Shown in pieces: positions 10,172 through 19,074 of a stretch of DNA of 64,000 nt (its first letter is position 1; every line of letters begins with the position of its first letter). The stretch is from Corallococcus coralloides (GTDB lineage: Bacteria; Myxococcota; Myxococcia; Myxococcales; Myxococcaceae): the NCBI RefSeq assembly GCF_044792175.1, contig NZ_CP172866.1. One strand, written 5' to 3'. The notes beneath the pieces were generated by a model, which was given only the letters and a program-made list of their open reading frames with translations, ran no database searches and was not told the DNA's origin. A program made the translations under genes and the position numbers.

Positions 10172-10259
10172 GCGCCCCAGTCTAACCCATACACGCGCGC
10201 ACTCCAGGAATCGGCCCGGGCGGGGCGTCAGGCCCGGAGGGCAGACAGGCAGGCGTGTT

Positions 10260-10829
10260 TCAGGGCGCGGCGGCCGGGGCGGCCTCCCACTGCGACGCCA
10301 CCGAGCGCGCGGCGTTCTGCACCGCGTAGCCCACGCGGCTGTCCGCGGCCACGTCCTGCACCACCCGGCGTGCGGTCTGCGTGCGCTGGTAGAGCAGCCC
10401 GCTCAGCGCTTGAATCTTCAGGGCGTCCGGCAGGCGCGGGTGGCGCACGACGTTGCCCAGGATCTCCTCCGCGCGGCGGTGCTGGAAGAGGGCCACCGCG
10501 CGCAGCGCGGCCTGCTGGATGCGCGGGTTCGGGTCCCAGATGAACGCGGCCAGCGGGTCCAGGGCGCGCGGGTCGCCCAGGAGCGCCAGGTCCTCGATGG
10601 CGAGCGCGCGGATCTCCTCCGGCGCGGGCTCCGCCGCCCACAGCAGACCCCTCAGGAGGGAGACGTCGGCGGCGCCGGCATCCACCGGGGGCCGCGCGGG
10701 GGCGGCGCGCTCCGCGGGGGCCTTGTCGGCCTTCGGGGCGGCCTTGGGCGCCGCGGCCGGGGAGGCCGACGGGGCCTGGGCGTGCGCGGCGGCGGTCAGG
10801 AGCAGGGCGGCGGCGAGGAGCGGTCGCAT
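10260..10829 (-). CDS. HEAT/PBS-lyase-like repeat protein with signal peptide
   Basis: ORF runs to 10901. The start was moved to the internal ATG at 10829, which gives the signal peptide MRPLLAAALLLTAAAHAQA. HEAT-like repeats follow (LGDPRALDPLAAFIWDPNPRIQQAALRAV..). Confidence 0.5.
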   Translation of the reverse strand: MRPLLAAALLLTAAAHAQAPSASPAAAPKAAPKADKAPAERAAPARPPVDAGAADVSLLRGLLWAAEPAPEEIRALAIEDLALLGDPRALDPLAAFIWDPNPRIQQAALRAVALFQHRRAEEILGNVVRHPRLPDALKIQALSGLLYQRTQTARRVVQDVAADSRVGYAVQNAARSVASQWEAAPAAAP

Positions 10830-10975
10830 GGGGCTCGTTCTACCCGAAACCCGGGAAGCCCGGCAGCGCACCGGGGCCACCCCCCGGGTCGTGCGCGACA
10901 TTTTCTTGACGGGATCCGCCGCTGTGGGAGTTTGCCGGTGCTACAGGCGTGTTGCGAACGGAGGTCGAAGTCACC

Positions 10976-11491
10976 ATGGGTGCGGCGGTCGCGAGCTGGC
11001 AGACACTGGAGAACGTCACGGTGGAGTGCACCCACTGCGGCGTGATGATGACACTCCAGCCCGGAACCCGGGTGAAGTACTACCGGTGCGGTTCGTGCCA
11101 CCGCTGGGTGTCCAGCACCTACAGCGAGGTGTTCCGCGCGGACGCGAAGATGCGCACGCACCCGGTGAAGGACACCTCGGACGCGGACGCGCGCTTCGTG
11201 GAGGTGAAGGACCGGCTGGACAAGTGGCTCTCCGCCGTCCAGGAGCAGTGCCCGTACCAGACGCTGGGCGTGTCGCCGCTGGATTCGCCGGACGTGATTC
11301 GCGCGCGCTTCCACGCGCTGGCCCTGGAGCGGCACCCGGACCGGGGCGGCTCCGCGGAGCAGATGCGCGAGGTCAACGACGCCTACGAGCGCATCCTCAA
11401 GCACCGTCAGCGCAAGCGGCTGGAGGCCATGGCGTCCGGCACGTCCTCGCGCGCCACTCCCGCGTCCGCCCTGCCCGCGCGCAACAGGTAG
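10976..11491 (+). CDS. J-domain (DnaJ-like) protein with N-terminal CxxC...CxxC zinc-ribbon
   Basis: GGAGG lies 11 nt upstream of ATG 10976. CTHCG...CGSCHRW is a putative zinc ribbon. The J domain is YQTLGVSPLDSPDVIRARFHALALERHPDRGG..EVNDAYERI with the HPD motif. The 3' end overlaps the convergent gene by ~85 nt. Confidence 0.7.
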   Translation: MGAAVASWQTLENVTVECTHCGVMMTLQPGTRVKYYRCGSCHRWVSSTYSEVFRADAKMRTHPVKDTSDADARFVEVKDRLDKWLSAVQEQCPYQTLGVSPLDSPDVIRARFHALALERHPDRGGSAEQMREVNDAYERILKHRQRKRLEAMASGTSSRATPASALPARNR

Positions 11492-12417
11492 AGCCAGAAG
11501 AGGGCTCCCAGCGACAGGCCCAGCCCCACCTTGGCCCAGGTGGGGAACAGGTGGCCCGGGGAGATGAAGCCCTCCACGAAGCCGATGCCGGCCAGGAAGG
11601 GCGCGCAGCCCACCACCAGCTTTACGGCTTCACGCCCGCGCGCCTGGAGCGCCTGCGCGCGCGGCAGCTCGCCGGGGTCGATGAGCGCCTGGCCCACCAT
11701 CAGCCCCGCGCCGCCCGCGATGACGATGATGGACAGCTCCACGGGCCCGTGCGCGGCGATGAAGTCCAGGAAGCCCGCGGCCATGCCCTCGCGGAAGCAC
11801 AGCGCCCCCACCGCGCCAATGAGCACGCCGTTGTTCACGAGCGTGAAGATGGGCCCCACGCCCAGCAGGATGCCGGACGCGAACGCGAACAGCGTCACGG
11901 TGAGGTTGTTGGTCGCGATGCCGGAGGCCACGGCGTTGGGGGGCGCCACGGATAGCAGGTCATCCGTCCACATGCGCCCCTGCGCCACGTAGCGCCGCAC
12001 GCCCTCCGGCACCAGCAGCTCCGCGCCGCGCGGCTCCAGCGTCACCACCAGCGCGCCCAGAAGCAGCCCCAGCACCAGCAGGCCCGCGCTCACGCCCACG
12101 AAGCGCGCCTCTCGGCGCAGGGTGGCGGGGAAGTCCCGGCGGAAGAAGTCGCGCGTGGAGGCCCAGCGCTCGCGCGGCGGCTGGTAGATGGCGCCATACG
12201 CCCGCGCGCACAGTTGGTTGAGGAAGCGGTGCGCGTCCGTGCCCGGATAGAACGTCTGCGCCCGCGCCAGGTCCGCGGCCGCGCGCCGGTACAGCGTGTC
12301 CAGCGTGCGCAGCTCCGCCAGGCTCAAGCGGCCCGCGCGCTGGCGCGTCAGCAGCGCCTGGAGCGCGTCCCAGTCCGGCCGGCGCCGCGTGACGAACGTG
12401 GGCAGGGGCGCGGCCAT
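11407..12417 (-). CDS. SpoIIM/DUF95-family integral membrane protein
   Basis: A cytoplasmic N-terminal region (LAELRTLDTLYRRAAADLARAQT..FLNQLCARAYGAIY) is followed by 5-6 TM helices. The architecture is typical of stage II sporulation protein M-like proteins. It sits 1 nt downstream of the RDD gene. Confidence 0.5.
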   Translation of the reverse strand: MAAPLPTFVTRRRPDWDALQALLTRQRAGRLSLAELRTLDTLYRRAAADLARAQTFYPGTDAHRFLNQLCARAYGAIYQPPRERWASTRDFFRRDFPATLRREARFVGVSAGLLVLGLLLGALVVTLEPRGAELLVPEGVRRYVAQGRMWTDDLLSVAPPNAVASGIATNNLTVTLFAFASGILLGVGPIFTLVNNGVLIGAVGALCFREGMAAGFLDFIAAHGPVELSIIVIAGGAGLMVGQALIDPGELPRAQALQARGREAVKLVVGCAPFLAGIGFVEGFISPGHLFPTWAKVGLGLSLGALFWLYLLRAGRADAGVAREDVPDAMASSRLR

Positions 12418-12418
12418 G

Positions 12419-13183
12419 TCAGTGGACCGCCTTCGCGCGCGTGCGCAGGAAGGCCTCCGTGGCCTCCGGCGACTGGAGCACCCGCGCGCGCTCCTCGTCC
12501 GTCAGGGACGCGCCCACGCGGTCCACCAGCCGCGCGCCCAGCCGCCGCCGCACCTCCGGCTCCAGGCCGGGCGCGCGCGACAGGAACGCCAGCACCAGCT
12601 CCACGTCCTCCGTGTCCAGGGGGCGGTGCGCGCCCGCGTCCGGCGCGTCCACCGCGGGCGCCTGCGTGTACTTGTCCAGGTCGATGGCCTCCTCGCGCAC
12701 CAGCACGGTGCCGGCGAGCATGTCTCCCAACCGGCGGTGGCGTGAGTCCAGCAGCATGGTGATGCAGCCGGTGGCGTAGAGCACCGGCAGGAAGTCCACG
12801 GCACGGCAGAGGTTCCTCACCGCGCTTTCGAAGAAGCCCACCGGCGAGCCATCCTCTCGCACCACGCGGATGCGCAGCACCCGCTTGCCGGGTGTCTGTC
12901 CATGGAAGAAGACCTCCGCCAGCGTCCAGTACAGCCATTGCGTGGCGAAGAGGCCCACCGCGAGCAGTGTCTGCGTGAGCCCCGACAGCGCCTGGAAGGC
13001 CCCCAGCACGTCGGACACCAGCAGGGTGATGACGAAGTAGAGCGCCACCCAGAAGAAGAACAGCAGGCTCGCGTCCACCAGCCACGCGAGACAGCGGTAG
13101 CCGATGCCGGCCACGGGCAGGGACAGGGCCACCCGCTCGGGCGTGGCGACGTCGACATGGGGTGCGGGGGCGGAGGGAGTCAT
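12419..13183 (-). CDS. RDD family membrane protein
   Basis: ORF runs to 13285; the start was set at the ATG at 13183. It has TM helices plus a conserved C-terminal RRLGDMLAGTVLV motif typical of the RDD domain. Confidence 0.55.
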   Translation of the reverse strand: MTPSAPAPHVDVATPERVALSLPVAGIGYRCLAWLVDASLLFFFWVALYFVITLLVSDVLGAFQALSGLTQTLLAVGLFATQWLYWTLAEVFFHGQTPGKRVLRIRVVREDGSPVGFFESAVRNLCRAVDFLPVLYATGCITMLLDSRHRRLGDMLAGTVLVREEAIDLDKYTQAPAVDAPDAGAHRPLDTEDVELVLAFLSRAPGLEPEVRRRLGARLVDRVGASLTDEERARVLQSPEATEAFLRTRAKAVH

Positions 13184-13667
13184 GCGCGCGGGACGCACAG
13201 CATACGCCCTTGCCATCCAGGACGCGCCATCTCCATGCATGCCGGGGCCTCGCCCGGGCATGGGACGAAACACCGATGAAAACATCCGAATCTGGACGCG
13301 GGACGTATGTCCCTGGGCTGACAGCGATCACGACCTGACGGACGAGGCCCTGGATTTCCATGCGTTCCGTGCGCAATTGACAGTCCTGCTCGGGTCCGTT
13401 CGCAAGAGGCCTTGGATGATGTTAGGGTCTCGGTTGGCTGGATTTGCTTGAAACGAAAAAGGAGGTTCGGCCCGGACGGGCCAGTTCGGCAGTCGCAGAC
13501 GCAGTCCGCAGGGCAGCAGTCACAGGACCCCCGGATGGAGTTGAAGCGCGGTTCTCGCACGCTCAGCACAGGCGGAAGTTCCGCCGCGGTTCCACCGACT
13601 CCGGGGCAGGTTGAAGTCGACAGGTAGCATTGAAAGCAATTCGCCACGACGGCTGGGGGGCCATCGC

Positions 13668-14354
13668 ATGGCAGCGAATCAATCGGCAGTTCGAATTTCG
13701 ATTCTCGAAGGACCGTGGGCGGCCTGGCAGGGCCTTTCCGACGGGCTTCGGGGTGAGGGTCATTCCACTTCGGTGACGCGCGACGTGCGCGGCTTCCTGG
13801 ACGGGCTCGGGACGGATCCACCGCAGGTGGCCATCCTGGACGTGGAGAGCGACGGCGAGGCCGCCATCGGGTGCTCCGTGACGGAGGGGCTCAACCTGCT
13901 GCGCGAGGCCCGCAAGCGCCGGCTGGAAGTGCGCATGCTGCTGCTGTCCGCGGTGAGCACGCCGGAGGTCATCTCCCAGTGCTTCGACGAAGGGGCCTCC
14001 GGGTATCTCTTCCGCGCGGGGCTGGGCGTGAACGCGGTGTCCTCCGCGGTCCAATCGCTGGTGCGGGGGGAGCGCCTCTTCCCGGTGCAGCTCCTGCGCA
14101 ACGACTTCGAGCACCCGCCGGTGACGTCACCCACGGCGAGCGTCCTGTTGCTGCTCACGCAGCGCGAGCGCGAGGTGCTCCAGTACGTGGCGGGCGGGGC
14201 GGACAACCTGAAGATCGCCGCGCACCTGCAAATCGCGGAGCGCACGGTGAAGTCACACGTCACGCAGCTCTACCGCAAGCTGGGCGCGGAGAACCGCACC
14301 CAGCTCGCCCTGCGCGCCTGCCACCTGGGCGTCAGGCCTCCGCCGGACCTCTAG
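13668..14354 (+). CDS. LuxR/FixJ-family transcriptional regulator (receiver-like domain + C-terminal HTH)
   Basis: The C-terminus LTQREREVLQYVAGGADNLKIAAHLQIAERTVKSHVTQLYRKLG is a LuxR-type HTH. The N-terminus is CheY-like (ISILEG...AILDVESDGE). ORF begins at 13611; the ATG at 13668 is preferred. Confidence 0.65.
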   Translation: MAANQSAVRISILEGPWAAWQGLSDGLRGEGHSTSVTRDVRGFLDGLGTDPPQVAILDVESDGEAAIGCSVTEGLNLLREARKRRLEVRMLLLSAVSTPEVISQCFDEGASGYLFRAGLGVNAVSSAVQSLVRGERLFPVQLLRNDFEHPPVTSPTASVLLLLTQREREVLQYVAGGADNLKIAAHLQIAERTVKSHVTQLYRKLGAENRTQLALRACHLGVRPPPDL

Positions 14355-14368
14355 CGGGGCCGGCCCAC

Positions 14369-14392
14369 CCTCCCCGTTGAAGCGGGGAGGGC
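14369..14392. terminator. Bidirectional hairpin between convergent genes
   Basis: CCCTCCCCG(14369-14377)-TTGAAG-CGGGGAGGG(14384-14392) is a perfect 9-bp GC stem. It lies between the LuxR-family gene stop (14354) and the MbtH-like stop (14416). Confidence 0.5.
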
Positions 14393-14415
14393 GCGGTGGG
14401 AAGCGCACGCGGCCT

Positions 14416-14643
14416 TCAGTTCTTGTTGCGGGCCGCGTCCTCTTCCATCTTCTTGCGGAGGCTCAGGGGACGCATGTCCGTCCAGACCTCCTTGATGTAC
14501 TCCAGGCACTCGGCCTTCAGGCCCTGCTTGCCGGCGTCCTTCCAGCCCAGCGCGTTCTCACGGTCCGCGGGCCAGATGGAGTACTGCTCTTCGTGGTTCA
14601 CGACGACCTTGTAAACGGTCGTGTCTTCGCGCTCGTCGCTCAT
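14416..14643 (-). CDS. MbtH-like protein (orphan)
   Basis: The C-terminal 75 codons of the long antisense-artifact ORF 14416..15747 encode [62 protein letters not shown]. This includes the conserved MbtH signature (NxExQxSxWP...GW...). The ATG is at 14643. Confidence 0.75.
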   Translation of the reverse strand: MSDEREDTTVYKVVVNHEEQYSIWPADRENALGWKDAGKQGLKAECLEYIKEVWTDMRPLSLRKKMEEDAARNKN

Positions 14644-14832
14644 GGGGTGTGACTCCTGGAAGCTGGGGACCCCCCTTTCGTCGCACACCCGGGGAAAAGC
14701 GGTCAAGGTAGGCGGTTGCGACAAATCCCGGTCCTTCCCGGGAGGGGGGATCCGCGCCCGGCCGCCCGCCGGGACCGCCCCCGGAAGCCGCCTCCGTGAC
14801 ACGAGCGGCACGGGGCGCGGATACTCGGCCGC

Positions 14833-15840
14833 ATGCGCATCTGGAAGAACGCCGTGTCGGGGCTCGTGCTCCTCCTGGGGGGCGCCTGGGCCTCGCTGGC
14901 CCTGGCCCTGACGGGGACGGGGCCGGAGGGGCCGCACGGGGCCCGGAGCCTCGTGGCGGGGGCCCTGGTGGCCCTGGCGGTGGCGGCCTGGCGGTGGCGT
15001 TCGCGGCGCTGGGGCGTGGCGGTGATGCTCCTGGGCTGCCTGTCCGTGTACGGGTGGGTGCGGACGTTCCAGCCCTCCAACACGCGGGACTGGGCGCCGG
15101 ACCTGTCGCGGGCGCCGTGGGCGGAGGTGGCCGGGACGCGGGTGACGCTCCACGACGTGCGCGACTTCCGCTACCGCAGCACCACGGACTGGGACCCCGC
15201 CTGGTACACGGCCACCTACGACACGGACGCGCTCACGGACGCGTCGTTCATCGTGGAGCCGTTCTCCGGCTTCTATGGCGCCGCGCACACGATGGTGAGC
15301 TTCGGCTTCCAGGACGGCCGCCACGTGGTGTTCTCCGTGGAGGTGCGGCGCGAGCAGGGGGAGACCTTCTCCGCGCTGGGGGGCCTGTTCCGCCGCTTCG
15401 AGCTCACCTACGTCGTGGGCGACGAGCGGGACCTGGTGCAACTGCGCTCCAACTTCCGCCATGACGACGTGTATGTGTATCCAGTGAACGCGTCGAAGGA
15501 GCGCATCACCGCGTTCTTCATGGACATGGTGCGGCGGATGAACGGGCTGCACACGCAGCCGGAGTTCTACGACACGCTCACCAGCAACTGCACCACCAAC
15601 CTGGTGCACCACTTCGAGAAGGTGGCCACGAAGGACGTGCCGTACGACCACCGCACGCTGATGCCGGCGTTCTCGGACGCGCTCGCGTACGAGCTGGGCA
15701 TCATCGACACGGACGTGCCGCTGGAGCAGGTCCGGCAGCGCTACCACATCAATGCGCGAGCGCTGGCCGCGCAGGGGCGGGACGACTTCTCCGCCCGCAT
15801 CCGCGCGCCGCTGGAGACCGCCGCCGCGCCGGTGCCCTGA
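14833..15840 (+). CDS. DUF4105 domain membrane protein
   Basis: It has N-terminal TM helices and then a conserved region ([31 protein letters not shown]...Y...YD...L) characteristic of DUF4105/Lnb-N-like proteins. Confidence 0.5.
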   Translation: MRIWKNAVSGLVLLLGGAWASLALALTGTGPEGPHGARSLVAGALVALAVAAWRWRSRRWGVAVMLLGCLSVYGWVRTFQPSNTRDWAPDLSRAPWAEVAGTRVTLHDVRDFRYRSTTDWDPAWYTATYDTDALTDASFIVEPFSGFYGAAHTMVSFGFQDGRHVVFSVEVRREQGETFSALGGLFRRFELTYVVGDERDLVQLRSNFRHDDVYVYPVNASKERITAFFMDMVRRMNGLHTQPEFYDTLTSNCTTNLVHHFEKVATKDVPYDHRTLMPAFSDALAYELGIIDTDVPLEQVRQRYHINARALAAQGRDDFSARIRAPLETAAAPVP

Positions 15841-15859
15841 GCCCTGGCGCCGTCTGGCT

Positions 15860-16621
15860 TCAGGTGCCCGTCGCGGCCCGGGGCTGCTCGGGCATGGGGC
15901 CGCGCTTCAGGTGCTTGTCGTAGTGGGCCTCCAGCGCGGTGAAGTAGCCGCGCTCGTCCCACATCTCCTGGAGGAGCCGGTCCGTGAGGGACCTCACCTC
16001 CGCGCGCTCGTCCTTCGGGTCGGGCACGCGGGCGCCGCCGCGCTTCGGATCCAGGAAGGCGCGGGTGGCCTCGGCCATCAGCACCCGGCTGCCGCGGAAG
16101 AGCCGGCGCAGGGCCTGGTTGATGGGGCGGGCGTCCATCTCCGAGCAGGCGGCGACGATGGCGGCCTGCACCCTGCGGGGCGCGTCCCCCTGGAGCGAGG
16201 CCGCGTCCAGGTCGCCTCGCTCCAGCGCGTGGTGCAGCAGGTAGCCGTGGTGCAGGCACACGCTCGTCAGGTCCACGCAGTCCTTCACCCAGAGGACGAA
16301 GAAGACCTTGCGGAACACCTTTCGCACGGGGAAGAGGGCCACGGCCTTGAGGTAGGACACCAGCCGTCCGCCCAGGCCGCGCGCTTCGTATGAGCCGGCG
16401 AGCACCGCCACGGCCTTGTCCGGGGCTTTGAGGCCCTTGTCCTTGAGCTGGTCGCGCACGGACTGCTCGCGCACCTGGCGCAGGGCGTAGTCGTCCAGGA
16501 ATGGCACGGGGATGAGCGGGGTGAGCCCGGCCGCCACGGCGTGGAAGGCCACGCGGGCGAGCGAGGGCGGCACGGCGTTCGGCGGACGGGCGTGGGTGGA
16601 GTCATCCATGGCGTGGTTCAT
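15860..16621 (-). CDS. Hypothetical protein
   Basis: ORF runs to 16846; the internal ATG at 16621 (MNHAMDD...) is preferred because upstream codons are atypical. No recognised domain. Confidence 0.4.
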   Translation of the reverse strand: MNHAMDDSTHARPPNAVPPSLARVAFHAVAAGLTPLIPVPFLDDYALRQVREQSVRDQLKDKGLKAPDKAVAVLAGSYEARGLGGRLVSYLKAVALFPVRKVFRKVFFVLWVKDCVDLTSVCLHHGYLLHHALERGDLDAASLQGDAPRRVQAAIVAACSEMDARPINQALRRLFRGSRVLMAEATRAFLDPKRGGARVPDPKDERAEVRSLTDRLLQEMWDERGYFTALEAHYDKHLKRGPMPEQPRAATGT

Positions 16622-16667
16622 AACCGCTTCCGCCCGGGCCGCCTTCCGCCGGTAGAGTGGGATTGTC

Positions 16668-17300
16668 ATGAACCCGGCGCGAGCCAGGGGGCAGGGAAAG
16701 GTGTTGGACCGCATGAAGGCGAAGGCGAAGCAGGAACTCCCCGTCGTGCCCTTCGCGTCGGAGAAGGCGTGGGAGAAGTGGCTGGAGAAGAACCACGTCG
16801 ACTCGCCGGGGGTCTGGGTGAAGCTCGCCAAGTTGGAGTCCGGCATCCCGTCCGTGACGTACGCGCAGGCGCTGGAGGTGGCGCTCTGCTACGGCTGGAT
16901 CGACGGGCAGAAGGGCGCGCTCGACTCGGAGTACTGGCTCCAGCGCTTCACGCCGCGCAAGCCGCGCAGCAAGTGGTCGAAGATCAACTGCGGCAAGGTG
17001 GAGACCCTGGTCGCCGCCGGACGCATGAAGCCCGCGGGCCTGCGCGAGGTGGAGGCCGCGCGCGCGGATGGCCGCTGGGAGGCGGCGTACGCGGGGCAGA
17101 AGACCATGGAGGTGCCGGAGGACCTGACGCTCGCGCTGGAGAAGAACCCGAAGGCGAAGGCGGCCTTCGCCACGCTCAAGGGCGCCAACCGTTTCGCCAT
17201 CCTCTTCCGGCTCCATGACGCGAAGAAGCCGGAGACGCGCGCGCGGCGGCTGGAGAAGTTCATCGCGATGCTGGAGGCCGGGGAGCTGATCCACGGCTGA
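16668..17300 (+). CDS. YdeI/OmpD-associated (bacteriocin-protection) family protein
   Basis: The family signature is WVKLAKLESGIPSVTYAQALEVALCYGWIDGQKGALDSEYWLQRFTPRKPRSKWSKIN...RF.ILFRL..AKKPETRARR..KFIAML. Confidence 0.7.
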   Translation: MNPARARGQGKVLDRMKAKAKQELPVVPFASEKAWEKWLEKNHVDSPGVWVKLAKLESGIPSVTYAQALEVALCYGWIDGQKGALDSEYWLQRFTPRKPRSKWSKINCGKVETLVAAGRMKPAGLREVEAARADGRWEAAYAGQKTMEVPEDLTLALEKNPKAKAAFATLKGANRFAILFRLHDAKKPETRARRLEKFIAMLEAGELIHG

Positions 17301-17319
17301 TGCCGGTCGCGATGACTGG

Positions 17320-17988
17320 CTATGGCAGGATGCGCTGCAGGAGCGCGCTGCCCGCGATGAGGTGCGCGCGGGTCTCGCCGCTCATCAGCGACGCCGCCAT
17401 GCTTACCCCCAGCGGCTGCTGCCGGAAGAACGCGGTCTCGCGCATCGCGAACTCCCAGATGTTGGAGGGCGTCGCGGGCCGGTTGAGCAGCTCGCGGTTC
17501 GCCTCGTAGAAGTCACCCACTTGGCCCGCCGCCGCCTCGCGTCCCGCGGCCTGTCCCGCGCGTGCCTGCTCCTGCATCCGCTGGAGCAGGTGGGGGGCCA
17601 TCTGGGACTGGGCCATGCCCTCCACGCCCAGGGCCGCCGCAGCCGGCGCAGCACCTGCCGCGTAGCCCACCGCGCCCATCGCCTGCATCGCGCCGGACAG
17701 CAGCGGGCGGATGGCCGCGCCCACCGAACCCGGGGGCGCCTGCCGCACCACCTCCAGCGCCCGCTCGCGCTGCCCCATCGGCGCCGGACCGCCCGCGCCC
17801 GTCAGGTTCACCGGGGCCGGAGCGCGGGGGCCCTCGAAGCCATCCTGTTGCAGCGCCACCTGCCGTGGCGTGCGTGCGGGCGCGGCCGGAGCCGTGGAGG
17901 CGGCTGGAGCCGCCGGACGGGCCTCCGTCACCGGGTTGGACACCGGGAGCGAGACACTCCGGTTGCCGACTGGACCTATGTTTCCCAT
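17320..17988 (-). CDS. Hypothetical Pro/Ala-rich protein
   Basis: The N-terminal half is low-complexity P/A-rich. The C-terminal ~70 aa look conserved (DFYEANRELLNRPATPSNIWEFAMRETAFFRQQPLG). Start uncertain (17988 or 18072). Confidence 0.35.
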   Translation of the reverse strand: MGNIGPVGNRSVSLPVSNPVTEARPAAPAASTAPAAPARTPRQVALQQDGFEGPRAPAPVNLTGAGGPAPMGQRERALEVVRQAPPGSVGAAIRPLLSGAMQAMGAVGYAAGAAPAAAALGVEGMAQSQMAPHLLQRMQEQARAGQAAGREAAAGQVGDFYEANRELLNRPATPSNIWEFAMRETAFFRQQPLGVSMAASLMSGETRAHLIAGSALLQRILP

Positions 17989-18046
17989 GTCTTCCACTTT
18001 AACACGGGTTCCTCCGGCCCTGCCGTGGCCGGGTAACCTCGGCGGC

Positions 18047-18520
18047 ATGTGCACCCCGATTGATTCCGTCATGCGCGTGGCCTACCGCGGCGCCTATCAC
18101 CTGGCGCTCGCGTGGTGGTTCGTGCGCCGCCCGCGCACGGAGGGCACGCTCGTGGGGGTGTGGCGGGGGCGTGAGGTGTTGCTGCTGCAGAACTCCTACA
18201 AGCAGGCCTTCTCGTTGCCGGGCGGCGGCCGGCACCGCGGCGAGTCTCCGGAAGAGACGGGCGCCCGGGAGCTGCGCGAGGAGGTGGGGCTGCACGTGCC
18301 GGCCTCGAGTCTGCGCGTCGTGTGCGAGCTGCGTCACACGGACGAGTTCAAGCGGGACCTGTGCCACTTCGTCGAGCTGGAGCTCGCCGCGGAGCCCCGG
18401 CTCGTGCTCGACCAGCGCGAGGTGGTGTGGGCCCGGTGGCTCGACGTGGAGACCGCGCTGCGCCTGCCGCTCATGCCCGTGGTGCGCGCCTACCTGGAGG
18501 ATGCCGCGCGGCGGAGGTGA
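18047..18520 (+). CDS. NUDIX hydrolase
   Basis: The Nudix box is GGGRHRGESPEETGARELREEVGL (GX5EX7REUXEEXGU). ORF begins at 17711; the ATG at 18047 is preferred. Confidence 0.7.
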   Translation: MCTPIDSVMRVAYRGAYHLALAWWFVRRPRTEGTLVGVWRGREVLLLQNSYKQAFSLPGGGRHRGESPEETGARELREEVGLHVPASSLRVVCELRHTDEFKRDLCHFVELELAAEPRLVLDQREVVWARWLDVETALRLPLMPVVRAYLEDAARRR

Positions 18521-18636
18521 TTCGTGCCCTCTCGCCCGTCCCCCTGGCGTGGAGGCGTCCTCCACCCTGTCTTGCACCCGCCACTTCGCCACCCCACCTT
18601 TCGGCGATTGGGATTGAACCGGGACGGAGGCGGACC

Positions 18637-19047
18637 GTGCTTCAGGAAGCCAGGACGACACCTTTGCAGAACGTGGGGCGCGGCGTGTTGGGCTCGTTCA
18701 TGGTCGGGGCCGGCGCGGGCCATCTCTCCTTCGCGCGCGGACCATTCCAGGCGCAGGTGCCGGACTGGGTGCCCATGGACAAGGACCTCGTCGTCCTGCT
18801 CTCCGGCGTGGTGGAGATCGGCCTTGGGCTGTCGCTGCTCTTCGACAAGCGCCACCGGGTTCCCCTGGGGCTGGGACTGGCGGCCTTCTTCGCGGCGGTC
18901 TTCCCCGGCAACCTGCATCAGTACGACAAGCGCCTCTCCGCGTTCGGTCTGGATACGGACGGCAAGCGCCTGGCGCGGCTGTTCTTCCAGCCCGTGCTGA
19001 TGGCCTGGGCGCTCTGGTCCACCGGTGCCCGGAAGGCGTTGCGGTAA
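18637..19047 (+). CDS. DoxX-like small membrane protein
   Basis: ~135 aa with 3-4 TM segments and an FPGNLHQY motif resembling the DoxX-like family. GTG at 18637, or ATG at 18700. Confidence 0.45.
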   Translation: MLQEARTTPLQNVGRGVLGSFMVGAGAGHLSFARGPFQAQVPDWVPMDKDLVVLLSGVVEIGLGLSLLFDKRHRVPLGLGLAAFFAAVFPGNLHQYDKRLSAFGLDTDGKRLARLFFQPVLMAWALWSTGARKALR

Positions 19048-19074
19048 AGACAGACGCTCGCGGAGGACGGCGGA

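Noticed and set aside
13433-13450. Possible sigma-54 promoter (TGGCTGGATTTGCTT) upstream of the LuxR-family gene
   Set aside because: GG and GC elements are separated by 8 nt rather than the required 10, so it does not fit the -24/-12 consensus.
13412-13627. 71-aa plus-strand ORF in the long intergenic region
   Set aside because: It has poor codon usage for this genome, no RBS and a low-complexity product. It is more likely non-coding.
14416-15747. 443-aa minus-strand ORF
   Set aside because: Only the last 75 codons (MbtH-like) look genuine. The rest is antisense to the DUF4105 gene and translates to Arg/His/Val-rich nonsense.
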